DNA of 64,000 nucleotides, from the NCBI GenBank assembly GCA_045632845.1, contig JAZQXL010000012.1, forward strand, positions 13,816 through 77,815, in the 5' to 3' direction. Under the pieces are notes generated by a model. It saw only the letters and a list, made by a program, of their open reading frames with translations. It made no database searches and had not been told where the DNA came from. Origin of the DNA: Alphaproteobacteria bacterium. Its GTDB lineage: Bacteria > Pseudomonadota > Alphaproteobacteria > CAAHEQ01 > UBA3637. The position numbers and the translations under genes are program-made. Positions 50,001-60,550 of the stretch are shown in pieces; position 1 is the first letter of the stretch; every line of letters starts with the position of its first letter.

Positions 50001-50960
50001 AACAGTCGTTTTGTCAGCAACAGTTGCACCATCTAAATTAACAGTTCCACCTGTTACATCTAAAGTACCAGTAATTGTAGCCTCTGTTAAAGTCCCTGTT
50101 CCACTAGTGTTTGTTAAACTAGCAAGTGAACCACCATTGGCTGTGAAAGTTCCTGCATTTTCAACATCTACAAATGTTGTATTGTTTGTTGCTGAAAGGG
50201 AACCATCAGCTCCAACAGTCGTTTTGTCAACAACAGTTGAGCCATCTAAATTAACCGTTCCTCCAGAGACCATAACAGCACCAAAAAAAACTTCATCACC
50301 TTCAAGTATTGTGTTTGTTAAATTAGCTATGCCGGCAGAATTGCCCAAAAAGGTAAACGTACTATTCGTCGCATCAAACATTCCATCATTTTCAACACCA
50401 GCATCAAGTGCCACATTCTCAAAACTAACTTTTCCTCCATTATTAGAAACAGATACAGGCTTTAGTGGAACAAGGTTTTCTAGCACAAAATCCGAATTAA
50501 CTATAGCTATATTTTTAAAAGTCGCCGCACCACCTTCATTAACCCTCACAACACTATTCGCATTTTTAATGGTTAAATCTTGAACCGTCAAATGACCACT
50601 TGTTGCATCTACATTAACATTCAAAAAGTTTCCGTTAGCATCTAAAACATAATCAGTGCTGTTGATGGCACCTAAGGCATTATCTGCCCCTTGAATAACC
50701 TTATTCCCCGCACCAAATGTGCCTAATGTGGATCCATCTAAATCAGCATCAGTAACCGTATAAGTATTATCCACCCCTTGAACTGAAATATCAAAAACAC
50801 CATCACCCTCTGAACGAGCAAATTCACCCAACGTTGTTGCTGATGCTGCATTCACAGCAAGTGAACTTGCGATAATCACTGCATTTAGATATGCGCATTT
50901 TTTTAAGATATCTAAATATCTGGATTTGAGTTCTTTGATGGCGGTGCGGGACAGTTTCAT
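41052..50960 (-). CDS. giant classical (type Va) autotransporter adhesin with triplicated repetitive passenger domain
   Basis: 3302 aa. Extended autotransporter signal peptide (MKLSRTAIKELKSRYLDILKKCAYLNAVIIASSLAVNAASA). Passenger built from 55-aa and 110-aa T/G/N/L-rich tandem repeats plus three copies of a pertactin-like head module. C-terminal ~300 aa is a 12-strand beta-barrel translocator ending ...KLKQNF. Hairpin terminator at ~41010-41045. Confidence 0.85.
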   Translation of the reverse strand: MKLSRTAIKELKSRYLDILKKCAYLNAVIIASSLAVNAASATTLGEFARSEGDGVFDISVQGVDNTYTVTDADLDGSTLGTFGAGNKVIQGADNALGAINSTDYVLDANGNFLNVNVDATSGHLTVQDLTIKNANSVVRVNEGGAATFKNIAIVNSDFVLENLVPLKPVSVSNNGGKVSFENVALDAGVENDGMFDATNSTFTFLGNSAGIANLTNTILEGDEVFFGAVMVSGGTVNLDGSTVVDKTTVGADGSLSATNNTTFVDVENAGTFTANGGSLASLTNTSGTGTLTEATITGTLDVTGGTVNLDGATVADKTTVGTSGSLSATNNTTFADVENAGTFTANGGSLTDLTNTSGTGTLTEATITGALDVTGGTVSLDGATVADKTTVGFGAALNAVDVAMQNVINGGSLTIQGGTLGALNVQGLGLTNLTDVEISGDTNLSYSGNLTATNTVMQHVLNEWGGLGVTGGSLTDLTNIGGTASLTDATITGALDVTGGAVSLHGTTVDGKTTVGANGKVSATGNTSLSDVENAGTFTANGGLLTDLTNSGGTATLTSTQINGPLDATAGTVNLDGTTVGGKTTVGADGTLLSTNGTSLAGVENAGTFTANGGSLADLTNTSGTGTLTDTAITGALNTTGGTVDLDGATVADKTTVGADGSLSAINNTTFADVENAGTFTANGGSLTDLTNTGGTADLTSTKVNGTLNATGGTVDLDGVTVADKTTVGADGTLLATNNTTFENVENEGDFTVNGGSLASLINTGGTAALTDAAITGTLDVIGGTVDLDGATVGGKTTVGADGSLSAINNTTFAAVENAGIFTANGGSLASLTNSGGTAALTSTKVNGTLNATAGTVDLDGVTVADKTTVGADGTLLATNNTRFATVENAGTFTVTDSTLESLSNTNGTATLSSAHVDNTITATGGTVNLDDTVVISKTIVGAAAKLSATNGTSLAGVENAGTFTATDSTLESLSNTNGTATLMSAGVNGSLAITGGDVDLNGSIINGKTTVGANGTLLATNNASLSAVENAGTLNAVNATMQGLTNSGDLTILGGSLASLANTGGKADLTSTQITGALGITGGDVALEDTVVSGKTTVATGTDLTADRTAFSDVIVAGNFTATDSSIAGLTNDLGSVTLTDSIVTGLLSGQGKTNLSGDIQLTGGVSGTGSITNSGNLILGAADNTKYVGTFSQTDGKTIADSNNFFQKSNIISGGILETKGDTIGYTATATGRGAISFESTSSDTSVVHDANKIVLSNVQNGTSTISFKNGTYTLADMGSGTAEDLIKFDNATVQLTANEYAGETYSFNDTTVDLRGNGLSNIQFTGDNLFLSNTDLAFDVKLSKNTDGTLALGSDTITVLNPSNTSSFDLDLTKVQIINNVQLDSGLTTSISKKVLEGVTFNTPINSALVSTDVYQYNVGLKDSQTIELTAIQAANGDSLRAVNQYTGDSAFYMTNLDSRYEMNSSLGTTGTGNKLVQGYTDGSNIIKSTIDANGYSMFDVSNADTNLTVKDVAITDTSSVLTTAQGAGTTTFENVWIHNTTNVGLENGNLVANPIMSNAAGDDTTYGLVLKNVHIQDAEDLIENSGAMNVQNSTLKDLINSGRFNGVNSTLTSVENSGSFTTNGGSISSLLNTAGSTTLIDTTISGVLDVTGGVVGLIGTTTPLTVGGKTTIATDGKLNATNVSFKDVENSGSLASNSSTLGVVTNKGVLTSTEDTIISLDNTGGAELTNTTVTTLTNSGALTANGGSITTLTNQDGTTGLTDTTVGSLTVNKGTVTATGGTIKTLNNAQDGNTKLSDVTNVDTITNDGVLTSGKSKLGTVTNNNSLTSTEDTITSLDNTGGAELTDTTVATLTNSGALTANGGSITTLTNQDGTAKLTNTALTNLNVNGGSVSLNGVANTLSVTGDTNVLSGATLNANNTSFSNISHQGEMNLSGAVHFAGTIEGAGTINNSGNLTFGSENVKTFTGEFNQTGGKTIADSENFFQGVNTISGGILETKGDTIGYTATATGNGIISFESTTSDETVVHNANKIVLSDGEVGTSTISFKNGTYTLTDMGSGTVEDLIKFDNATVQLTANEYAGETYQFDNSTINMQDDIYSVVNMQNVAGSNTTLAVDIGLVSNAIDGGFNGVIAKSDVLNVTGDNAFVVANANFKVVPTGVNNQDANKDDGTSTSYTVQVLQGNATFADALKGSTSFNAVTNAYTYNAIISDDLQTVELKAFKTTDGNSLTHINQYAGNSNFYMSVDGETGSTYQMTSDLGATGIGEKLILGAVAGDASASIIDANNHSMFEVSDASTKLTVQDLTIKNAISILTMTNGNAILDNVIIDTLANTAPTVVIDNLSTSGEYGLVLNNVQINDANALLANSGTMKSSNSNLQGVTNEGTFVAEGGSITTLTNQDGTAGLTDTTVGTLTVNKGTVTATGGSIETLNNAQDGNTKLSGVTNVDTITNDGVLTSGKSKLGTVTNNNSLTSTEDTITSLDNTGSAGLTNTTVATLTNSGTLTVEGGSITTLTNQDGTTGLTNTTVGSLTVNKGTLTATGGTIKTLNNAQDGNTKLSGVTNVDTITNDGVLTSGKSKLGTVTNNNSLTSTEDTITSLDNTGGATLTDTTVATLTNSGTLTVEGGSITTLTNQDGTTGLTNTTVGLLTVNNGTLTATGGTIKTLNNAQDGNTTLSGVTNVDTITNDGKLTSSNSKLGTVTNNNSLTSTEDTITSLDNTGNATLTGSMVTTVENKGTGTLTVQGNSVIENASNLGTINVDNSTFASVENNNQMIATGNLSITNALTGNGTLTMNGATLNVKDGFATSNNLVSNNMQFGEDIKTIEVANLTVQNDTNLDIRNIDVTAQEITLENGSTLNVQLNDRSDYGSLIGTNLISEEDSKIDFDLGENFEMGLYNVLKMDAISSLPTAVHNDEGFNFLDLEDGRYSFISKDSSKISNQYGSDKNQTAAIIALHEGRGTNELFNKAQTELIEHLQSGNAALIKKAVKALDNLGGNVSPVVQSIASSHFKGITDAVSDQVKLSSKVEGTSGGDETQNAQVWVKALYGHAKYDDKGDFKANETGFVAGIQKQITDTLTVGVGYAYGYADIAQSGRDTTAQTNTGFAFARYQPNKWFVEGVVSYSRSQYEESKNILSTASDGMYNVDTFAVQAMAGYDFSCRDLIITPKLGLKYMDINQEAYVDSLDTHIDNNTYRYMTAMAGIDIRAPYKTVHGLYIRPTAGVMFGYDIISDDTGSINTLSNGAVYTAEGNALDRFSTNVNLGIDAELGDLTTLSVEYLGSFRKSYQEHGGMMKLKQNF
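43280..46520. repeat. tandem ~330-bp (110-aa) coding repeats inside the autotransporter gene, in two blocks (about 45860-46520 and 43280-44570; approximate)
   Basis: Protein unit: LTSTEDTITSLDNTGGAELTDTTVATLTNSGALTANGGSITTLTNQDGTTGLTDTTVGSLTVNKGTVTATGGTIKTLNNAQDGNTKLSDVTNVDTITNDGVLTSGKSKLGTVTNNNS, repeated about 2 + 3.5 times. Antisense ORFs 42982..43296 and 43312..43647 have near-identical translations, confirming the DNA-level repeat. Confidence 0.6.
47960..50270. repeat. tandem ~165-bp (55-aa) coding repeats inside the autotransporter gene, ~14 copies (approximate bounds)
   Basis: Protein unit: TFTANGGSL(A/T)DLTNTSGTGTLT(E/D)ATITGALDVTGGTV(N/D)LDGATVADKTTVGADGSLSATNNTTFADVENAG, reiterated with minor variation. 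Confidence 0.6.
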
Positions 50961-51112
50961 GGTATACCTCTTTTTTCATGCGTTAAAATACTGCATAAAC
51001 CTATGCAAAAGTGTAGCTACACTTTAGGATTAGCAGATAAAAGTTAATAAATAGTAAAAAAAGACATAAAAACGTAAAATAATTGCCTATTTTTCAAAAT
51101 TTTAAGCACCAA

Positions 51113-52402
51113 TTAATCGACTGATTTTAACTCATCAAATTTTTGCTTCATTGTCGGGTTATTTCTGGTCAATCGTTTAACTGTCAAATCTTGCGCTTTG
51201 TTGTTTGCTAAACGCAAATTATTTTCAGAAGATAACAAGGCATCTTTTGTTTTTTGCAAATGATCAATGGTCTTGTCAATTTCTTCAATTGCTTTTCGAA
51301 ACTTATCACTTGCCAACTGAAAATTGCGCGCAAATTTATCTTTAAAATCATTCATTTCATCTTCAAATTTTGAAATATCAATGTTTTGATTTTTAAATTC
51401 TGCAACTTGCTTTCTATACTGAACAGAATTGAGTGCTGCATTTCTAAGCAAAGAAATCATTGAAATAAAAAACTGTGGACGAATAACATACATTTTTGGA
51501 TATTTATGCGATACATCCACAATACCCGTATTATAAAGTTCATTATCCGCTTCTAACAATGAAACCAAAACTGCGTATTCACACCCTTTTTCAACCCGAT
51601 CTTTATCCAACTCTTTGAAAAAATCTTCATTCTTATGTTTGGTTGCGGTTGTTGACATTTCATTTTTCATTTCAAACATAATGGATATAAATTCAATCCC
51701 ATCTTCTGTTGATTCTTTAAAAATATAATCCCCTTTACTGCCAGATTTTGAATCATTATCCTTTTCAAAATAAGCATTTGGAAAAGCTGTTGAACGCAAC
51801 TTGTTAAATTCAATTTCACAGTGTTGTTCCAATGTTTCGCCCACCATTTTTGTGGACATTTTTGTTTTCAAATCTTTGTAAAATGAAATCGCTTCATCCT
51901 TTGCTTTTAACTGAACTTCAAAGTTTTCTTTAAGAGATTTTTCTCGTAACAACGAATCTTTTTGAGCATCATTTAAAGCACCTTTTAACTTCAAAATTTC
52001 TTGCTCTTTTAATGCAATTTCTTCTTTTTGAATGGATAAAGCTTCATTCAATGCCAAGGCTTTATCTTTATCAAAGGTTGAAACTTTTGCTTTTAATTTC
52101 TCTACTTCTTGCAAAATATCAAAAACTGCTTTTTCTTTTTCAGAATTCATTTTCATTTGCAACAACTGTAACTCTTGATTTTTTTCTTTCACAAGCTGAG
52201 CTGATTTTTCTTTAAGCTCTTTTTCAAACTCAACATTTCGAATTTGAGATGCAATCAAAGCATAATCTGTTTCATCAACTGTAAAAACATTTTGGCATTT
52301 TGGACATTTAATTTCTGGCATTTTTCCCTCTCTTAAATTTTTGATTGATTGTAACAAAAAATTATCAAAAGTCAAATAAAAAGCCTTTTGAATACAGCTC
52401 AA
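51113..52402 (-). CDS. DUF2130-family protein (zinc ribbon + long coiled coil); true start probably the Met at ~52321
   Basis: 429-aa ORF. N-terminal CPKCQNVF zinc-ribbon-like motif, then >150 aa of heptad-rich coiled coil, then a conserved C-terminal domain (…[40 protein letters not shown]…). Confidence 0.5.
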   Translation of the reverse strand: MSCIQKAFYLTFDNFLLQSIKNLREGKMPEIKCPKCQNVFTVDETDYALIASQIRNVEFEKELKEKSAQLVKEKNQELQLLQMKMNSEKEKAVFDILQEVEKLKAKVSTFDKDKALALNEALSIQKEEIALKEQEILKLKGALNDAQKDSLLREKSLKENFEVQLKAKDEAISFYKDLKTKMSTKMVGETLEQHCEIEFNKLRSTAFPNAYFEKDNDSKSGSKGDYIFKESTEDGIEFISIMFEMKNEMSTTATKHKNEDFFKELDKDRVEKGCEYAVLVSLLEADNELYNTGIVDVSHKYPKMYVIRPQFFISMISLLRNAALNSVQYRKQVAEFKNQNIDISKFEDEMNDFKDKFARNFQLASDKFRKAIEEIDKTIDHLQKTKDALLSSENNLRLANNKAQDLTVKRLTRNNPTMKQKFDELKSVD

Positions 52403-52589
52403 AGTCTAATTGAACAAAATTGATTGCGCCTTATATTTAAAACAGATTTATAATAATTAAACAAATGCTTGCTCCCAATATTTTCCCTTACTCCAGATTA
52501 TGTTCCTCCCTTCATAATCTGGAGTTTCAAAAAGCACCTTGACTTTTTCCCTCAAGCTACGATAATAAAATAAATTCAACTCTAACCAT

Positions 52590-53948
52590 TTGTTATCGCA
52601 CATGAAAAATAAATTTAAATTAATTGGTTCAACCGCCCTTATTTCTATATTATGTATCTATGGATATCAAAAAATCACAACACCCACTATATCCGTTGTT
52701 ATGCCCGTTTATAACAGAGAAAATTTGTTACCTCGTGCCATTGACTCTATTTTAAACCAAACATATAACGATTTTGAATTAATTATTGTTGACGATGGGT
52801 CAACAGATTCATCTGAAAATATTGCACGCATATACGCACAAAAAGACAGCCGTATAAAAGTTATTAAAAATGATAAAAACAAAGGTATTTCTTATTCCAG
52901 AAATAAAGGAATGGATGCTGCAAGAGGAAAATACATAGCCATTATGGACTCTGATGATCAAGCACTTCCTTTCAGGCTTGAAAAATCCATCAAAGTGTTA
53001 GAAGAAAACCCAAAATATGTTGCTTTAAGCGCAGGAACAATCAGTATGGAAGACAAACTTTCTGCGCAAGATCTTTTACATTGGGACAAATACAATATCG
53101 TTGAAAATAATTTTGCAATTTCATTTATTTTTAATAATACATTTGCAAATGCATCTGCTATTTTTAAAAGAGATTTTGCAAAAGAACATAATATTCGATA
53201 CAATGAATCCTATGTCTCTGCTGAAGATTATGATTTTTGGAAACAATTTATTTTTAAAGGTGGTGAATTGCTAACCATTTATGAACCACTCACATTTGTT
53301 AGACGTCACACTTCAAATTCTGAAACTTATTATAATGAAATGTACAAAAATTCAACAACAATTCACAAAGAGCTCCTTTCAAGATTTTTCAATCCACTTG
53401 ATGAGGATGTAAAGTTGGTTTATAAATTAGATGAACAATGCCGTTTGCTTGAAAAAATTGAATTAATTAATGAACAAAAGAAAATTGTCCCTCAAAAAGA
53501 TGTAGAAATATATAAAAATTCATTCTGCCCTCCAACAAACAGTGAAAAATATCACATTACAAATGACAAAAATGAAGATTATATTTACAAAAAAGGGAAC
53601 AAATATATAAAGTTTTCAACCAAAGAGATTGTTCAATTCAAAAAAGAGAATGAAACGCTCACCATTCAAACTTCGGATAAAAAAACTTATACATATAAAA
53701 AATATCCACACAAAAATAGCTACTTTTATTTTTTAAACAATGCATACAAAATTTCACACCCAGCTTGGACAGATTATTTAATTCAAAAAGGGGATGAAAA
53801 TACTTTTTGCAGAACACAAGTTTCTGACTGCGGAAAAGCTCTTGTTCAAACAAAAGAAATGCTCAAAATCAAATGGGATCAAACAGCATATCCTATGGAA
53901 ACTTTTGTTTATGATCCAAAACAAGATTTATATATTAAACAAGATTAA
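52590..53948 (+). CDS. family 2 glycosyltransferase (GT-A) with N-terminal TM anchor and C-terminal extension
   Basis: VVMPVYNRENLLPRAIDSILNQTYNDFELIIVDDGSTDS and a DxD-like IMDSDD motif. About 200 aa of unassigned C-terminal sequence. Confidence 0.8.
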   Translation: MLSHMKNKFKLIGSTALISILCIYGYQKITTPTISVVMPVYNRENLLPRAIDSILNQTYNDFELIIVDDGSTDSSENIARIYAQKDSRIKVIKNDKNKGISYSRNKGMDAARGKYIAIMDSDDQALPFRLEKSIKVLEENPKYVALSAGTISMEDKLSAQDLLHWDKYNIVENNFAISFIFNNTFANASAIFKRDFAKEHNIRYNESYVSAEDYDFWKQFIFKGGELLTIYEPLTFVRRHTSNSETYYNEMYKNSTTIHKELLSRFFNPLDEDVKLVYKLDEQCRLLEKIELINEQKKIVPQKDVEIYKNSFCPPTNSEKYHITNDKNEDYIYKKGNKYIKFSTKEIVQFKKENETLTIQTSDKKTYTYKKYPHKNSYFYFLNNAYKISHPAWTDYLIQKGDENTFCRTQVSDCGKALVQTKEMLKIKWDQTAYPMETFVYDPKQDLYIKQD

Positions 53949-53949
53949 A

Positions 53950-53976
53950 AAAAGGAGCTTTCGCTCCTTTTTTTTA
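53950..53976 (+). terminator. rho-independent terminator after the GT2 gene (overlaps the pckG 3' end)
   Basis: GGAGC-tttc-GCTCC hairpin followed by T9. Confidence 0.6.
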
Positions 53977-55785
53977 TTTTCTTCTTTCCAAACGTTTTTG
54001 AAGCAATAAAAGTTCAGCTTCAAAATCTTGTGGAAGGCGTTTTTGTTTTCTAAGTGTTTTAAAATAATCACTTTGAGCTTTAACATCTGATAAGGCCATA
54101 TCAACATCAACACTCATCAATTCATTAAAACTTTCTTCACTCATACTCAAACCTTTCCATCTCAAGTCCTCATATCGTGGAGAATATCCAAAAACACTTT
54201 CTGTTGCATTTGCTTGACCATTAACACGTTTAACAATCCATTCTAGCACACGCATATTTTCACCAAAGCCTGGCCACATAAAATGCCCTTCTTTATCTTT
54301 TCTAAACCAGTTAACACGGAAAATAAGTGGTTTTTTATCAAGTTTTGCACCCAAAGAAAGCCAATGTGACCAATAATCGCCCATATTGTACCCACAAAAT
54401 GGTAACATTGCCATTGGATCTCTTCTAATTTCACCTGTTTTTCCTTCAGCAGCCGCTGTTTTTTCAGAGCCCATTGTACTGGCTAAAAATACACCATGTT
54501 GCCAATTGTATGATTGATAAACCAATGGCGTATTACTTGCCAATCTACCACCAAAAATGAAAGCATCAATTGGAACACCTGCTGGATTTTCCCATTCTTC
54601 ATCAATAGATGGGCATTGACTTGCTGGCGCAGTAAAACGTGAGTTTGGATGCGCTGCAGGTCTACCGCAATCTGGAGTCCAATCATTCCCTTGCCAATCG
54701 ATTAAATGTTTAGGAGCTTTATCTGTTAAACCTTCCCACCAAACATCACCATCATCCGTTAAAGCAACGTTTGTGAAAATGGTGTTTGCTCTACATGATT
54801 CAACCGCATTTTTGTTTGTTTTGGTTGAAGTTCCTGGAGCAACGCCAAAGAAACCAGCTTCAGGATTAATTGCTCTTAATTGACCTGTTGAATCTGGTTT
54901 AATCCATGCAATATCATCGCCAACTGTTGAGACTTCCCAATCAGACATTGATTTAGGAGGGATAAGCATTGCCATATTTGTTTTTCCACAAGCACTTGGG
55001 AATGCTGCAGCAACATATGATGTCAACCCTAATTTTTTATTTTTCAATCCAACAATAAGCATGTGTTCAGCAAGCCAACCATCTTCTCTTGCCATGGTTG
55101 AAGCGATACGCAAAGCCAAACATTTTTTACCTAAAAGTGCATTACCACCATATCCACTCCCAAAAGAAATGATTTCTTTTGTTTCAGGGAAATGAGCAAT
55201 GTATGTCTTTTCAGGATTACATGGCCAAGCCACATCTTTTTCACCTTTTTTAAGCGGTGCACCAACTGAATGAAAACAACGAACAAAGTCTTTGTCTTTC
55301 AAAACAGTCCAAACCTTTTTACCCATACGAGTCATAATGCGCATATTTGCAACAACATATGGTGAATCTGTAATTTCAACCCCAATTTGAGCAATATTTG
55401 AACCCAAAGGCCCCATTGAAAATGGAATAACATACATTGTTCTTCCACGCATACACCCTTTCATTAATTTTGAAAGTGTTTTTTTCATTTTTTTAGGGGG
55501 AGCCCAATTGTTTGTTGGTCCTGCATCAATTTCTTTTTCAGAACAAATAAATGTTCTACTTTCAACACGTGCAACATCTTTTGGGTTTGAACGGGCCAAA
55601 AAACTATTTGGTCGTTTTTTAGGGTTTAATGGAATGAACGTACCATTTTCAACCAAAAGAGAACAGATCTTTTTGTTTTCTTTTTCAGTTCCATCACACC
55701 AATAAATTTCATCAGGTTCCGTAATCTTTGCAATAGACTGGACCCAATCTATAACTTTTTGATTTTTTGTTGGATATTTTTCCAT
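53974..55785 (-). CDS. pckG: phosphoenolpyruvate carboxykinase (GTP-dependent)
   Basis: 603 aa, colinear with GTP-PEPCK (…FPSACGKTN… kinase-1a loop, …[11 protein letters not shown]…, …WEGL… region). It is not the ATP-type PckA. Confidence 0.9.
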   Translation of the reverse strand: MEKYPTKNQKVIDWVQSIAKITEPDEIYWCDGTEKENKKICSLLVENGTFIPLNPKKRPNSFLARSNPKDVARVESRTFICSEKEIDAGPTNNWAPPKKMKKTLSKLMKGCMRGRTMYVIPFSMGPLGSNIAQIGVEITDSPYVVANMRIMTRMGKKVWTVLKDKDFVRCFHSVGAPLKKGEKDVAWPCNPEKTYIAHFPETKEIISFGSGYGGNALLGKKCLALRIASTMAREDGWLAEHMLIVGLKNKKLGLTSYVAAAFPSACGKTNMAMLIPPKSMSDWEVSTVGDDIAWIKPDSTGQLRAINPEAGFFGVAPGTSTKTNKNAVESCRANTIFTNVALTDDGDVWWEGLTDKAPKHLIDWQGNDWTPDCGRPAAHPNSRFTAPASQCPSIDEEWENPAGVPIDAFIFGGRLASNTPLVYQSYNWQHGVFLASTMGSEKTAAAEGKTGEIRRDPMAMLPFCGYNMGDYWSHWLSLGAKLDKKPLIFRVNWFRKDKEGHFMWPGFGENMRVLEWIVKRVNGQANATESVFGYSPRYEDLRWKGLSMSEESFNELMSVDVDMALSDVKAQSDYFKTLRKQKRLPQDFEAELLLLQKRLERRK

Positions 55786-55967
55786 CTTTTTGTCTCTCCT
55801 AAAAAAGTGAATCCTGTTTTCATCATAACAATTAACCTTAAAAAGTCAAACCATTTTTTCAAAAATTAGCATCACATATATACTGATGTTTTTGATTTCC
55901 AAGAAAGAAAAAAGTTGAAATTTAGATTATTTCTTGCTAGCATAATAAAAAAACAAAAGGACTTATT

Positions 55968-56723
55968 ATGAAAAAAATTAAAACATTTCTTTGTCTTTTC
56001 TTGGGATCTTTTTTAACAGCTTGTGCAGCTGGAGATGCATCAATTCCAGATACTCCAGTAGAACACCTTTATAATCAAGGGCATAATTATTTTGCACAAA
56101 AAGATTATGAAGAGGCTGCTCGTTATTTTGACGAAGTTGAAAGACAACACCCTTATTCTGTTTGGGCACCAAGGGCTCAAATTATGACAGCATATTCATT
56201 CTACCAAGCCGACAAGTATGATGATGCTATATTAGCACTTGACAGATTCATTCAACTACATCCTGGCAACAGAAATATTGCTTATGCTTATTATCTCAAG
56301 GGTCTTTGCTATTTTGAACAAATGTCAGATGTTAGCCGTGAACAAAAAATGACTGAGGATGCTTTAGATACATTTAAAGAATTGCTCTATCGCTTTCCAA
56401 ACTCAATTTATGTTCCAGATGTAAATGTAAAATTAAAAGAAATCGCTTCACATTTGGCAGGAAAAGAAATGTCTGTTGGTAGATATTATTTAAAAAATAA
56501 AGAATATATTCCAGCTCTTAACCGTTTCCAATCTGTTTTAATTGAACATCCCCACGCCAATCAATCTTCCGAAGCACTTTACAGGTTAGCAACTTGCTAC
56601 ACAGCTTTAGGAATGATTCCGCAAGCCCTTCAAATGCAAGGATTGTTAAATTATTACTATCCAAAAAGCCCTTGGACAATTAAAACAAAAGAAATGCTTC
56701 AAAAATACACCAAAGAGAAATAA
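55968..56723 (+). CDS. bamD: outer membrane protein assembly factor BamD
   Basis: Lipobox LTAC. TPR repeats (LYNQGHNYFAQKDYEEAARYFDEV…). Position upstream of recN-ligA as in many alphaproteobacteria. Confidence 0.8.
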   Translation: MKKIKTFLCLFLGSFLTACAAGDASIPDTPVEHLYNQGHNYFAQKDYEEAARYFDEVERQHPYSVWAPRAQIMTAYSFYQADKYDDAILALDRFIQLHPGNRNIAYAYYLKGLCYFEQMSDVSREQKMTEDALDTFKELLYRFPNSIYVPDVNVKLKEIASHLAGKEMSVGRYYLKNKEYIPALNRFQSVLIEHPHANQSSEALYRLATCYTALGMIPQALQMQGLLNYYYPKSPWTIKTKEMLQKYTKEK

Positions 56724-58391
56724 ATGCTAAACTCACTGTCAATTCGTAATGTTGTTTTAATTGACAAACTTGATTTAACTTTTGAAAAAGGCCTTGGTGT
56801 TTTTACAGGGGAAACAGGTGCTGGGAAGTCAATTTTACTCGACTCTCTGTCTTTGATTTTGGGAGCCAGAGCTGATTCTTGCCTTGTTCGACATGGAGAA
56901 AATCAACTTTCTGTCACTGCCGAATTTTCAAATATTCCGTCTTCTGTTTTAGAAATTTTGAACGAACAAGAAATTGAAATGGAAGAAGACACCTTAATCA
57001 TCAGACGCATTGTTACAAAAGAGGGAAAAAGCAAATCATTTATCAATGATCAAAGTGTGAGTGTTGCTCTTTTAAAATCTATTGGTGAAAATCTGGTTGA
57101 AATTCACGGACAATTTTCAACGCATGGACTTTTAAATGCAGCAAACCATCTTTCTTTGTTAGATCAATTTGGCAAACTAAATGAAGATGTGCAAAAAACA
57201 AAAAATCTTTGGGATATTTATAAAAATGCACACTTAAAAACAAAGAATGCACAAGAAAAACTTAATGAATTAACACAACAAAAAGAATATATCGAACAAA
57301 GTTTAGTTGATTTAGAAAAAATTAATCCACAAAAAGGAGAAGAAGCATCACTTGTTCAAAAAAGAACTGCGTTGATGAATAGTGAAAAAATACTTGAATG
57401 CACAAATCACGCTTTTCAATTATTAACAGATGAAAATAAGGGTATTTCACACCAACTTAATCTAACAATTCGCCAAATTGAAAAAGCCTCACAATACGAA
57501 GAAAAAACATTTAAAGAGGTTTCAGAATACATTTATCAAGCACAAGATTTACTTTCTGAAGCCATTGGGAAATTAGAACAAATCACAAGTGATTGGGGCG
57601 ACACATCGGATCTACCATCAATCGATGATAGACTTTTTTCTCTGAGAGCATTAGCAAGAAAACATCAAACAGAAATTGATGAATTACCTACTTTAATTGA
57701 AAAATTACGACAAGAGTTAAATGATATTGAAAAAGCAGATTTTCTTTTAGACAACTTAACAAAAGAAGAAGAACAAGCTTTTAACAACTATCTTAATCAA
57801 GCTAAAAAACTCTCTCAAAAACGAACAAATGTTGCATTGATTTTAGATAAAAGTGTTAAAAAAGAACTACCCGCACTTAAACTTGAAAAAGCTAATTTTC
57901 AAACAAGTATTGTGAAAAAAGAAAACTATTCAGAATCAGGCATTGATGATGTGGAATTTCTTGTTTCAACAAACACAGGAACACCATTTTCTTCACTTGG
58001 CAAAGTTGCTTCAGGGGGTGAACTGTCTAGATTTATGTTAGCACTAAAGGTAAATTTAGCAAAAGAATCTTCCCTTCCAACTTTGATTTTTGATGAAATC
58101 GACAGCGGTGTCGGTGGTGCAACTGCTGATGCAATTGGATCTAGATTATACCGTCTTTCAAAAGAATGTCAGGTATTATCCGTTACCCATGCACCTCAAG
58201 TTGCCTCTTATGGAGAACAACATTTTACCGTTTCAAAAGCCGAAAAAGAAGGAAAAATCATCACTTCAGTTACCAAGCTGAATGATAAGATGAGGTTGAC
58301 AGAAATTGCACGCATGCTTTCTGGTTCAAAAATCACTCAAACAGCTGAAATTATGGCTCAAGAATTGCTATCAAAACAACAATTATTTTAA
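56724..58391 (+). CDS. recN: DNA repair protein RecN
   Basis: 555 aa. Walker A GETGAGKS, long coiled coil, C-terminal signature/Walker B (…LIFDEIDSGVGG…). Confidence 0.9.
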   Translation: MLNSLSIRNVVLIDKLDLTFEKGLGVFTGETGAGKSILLDSLSLILGARADSCLVRHGENQLSVTAEFSNIPSSVLEILNEQEIEMEEDTLIIRRIVTKEGKSKSFINDQSVSVALLKSIGENLVEIHGQFSTHGLLNAANHLSLLDQFGKLNEDVQKTKNLWDIYKNAHLKTKNAQEKLNELTQQKEYIEQSLVDLEKINPQKGEEASLVQKRTALMNSEKILECTNHAFQLLTDENKGISHQLNLTIRQIEKASQYEEKTFKEVSEYIYQAQDLLSEAIGKLEQITSDWGDTSDLPSIDDRLFSLRALARKHQTEIDELPTLIEKLRQELNDIEKADFLLDNLTKEEEQAFNNYLNQAKKLSQKRTNVALILDKSVKKELPALKLEKANFQTSIVKKENYSESGIDDVEFLVSTNTGTPFSSLGKVASGGELSRFMLALKVNLAKESSLPTLIFDEIDSGVGGATADAIGSRLYRLSKECQVLSVTHAPQVASYGEQHFTVSKAEKEGKIITSVTKLNDKMRLTEIARMLSGSKITQTAEIMAQELLSKQQLF

Positions 58392-60491
<2,100 letters not shown>

Positions 60492-60550
60492 AAAAAAAGA
60501 AGATATGATATAATTATGGGGAACATAGTATATCTCATACGAGGTAAAAA

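Noticed and set aside
42982-50583. Long plus-strand ORFs (e.g. 42982..43296, 43312..43647, 45190..45582, 45700..46179, 47770..49281, 49339..49686, 49717..50583) that could be taken as separate repetitive surface proteins
   Set aside because: They are antisense to the 3302-aa autotransporter ORF, which has signal peptide, passenger and beta-barrel in a single frame. Their V/P/A/T-rich low-complexity translations are the mirror image of the T/G/N-rich coding repeats. They are spurious.
41052-50960. Possible CRISPR array, suggested by the regularly spaced direct repeats
   Set aside because: The repeats are 165 and 330 bp, in-frame and protein-coding, with no unique spacers and no cas genes. They are not CRISPR.
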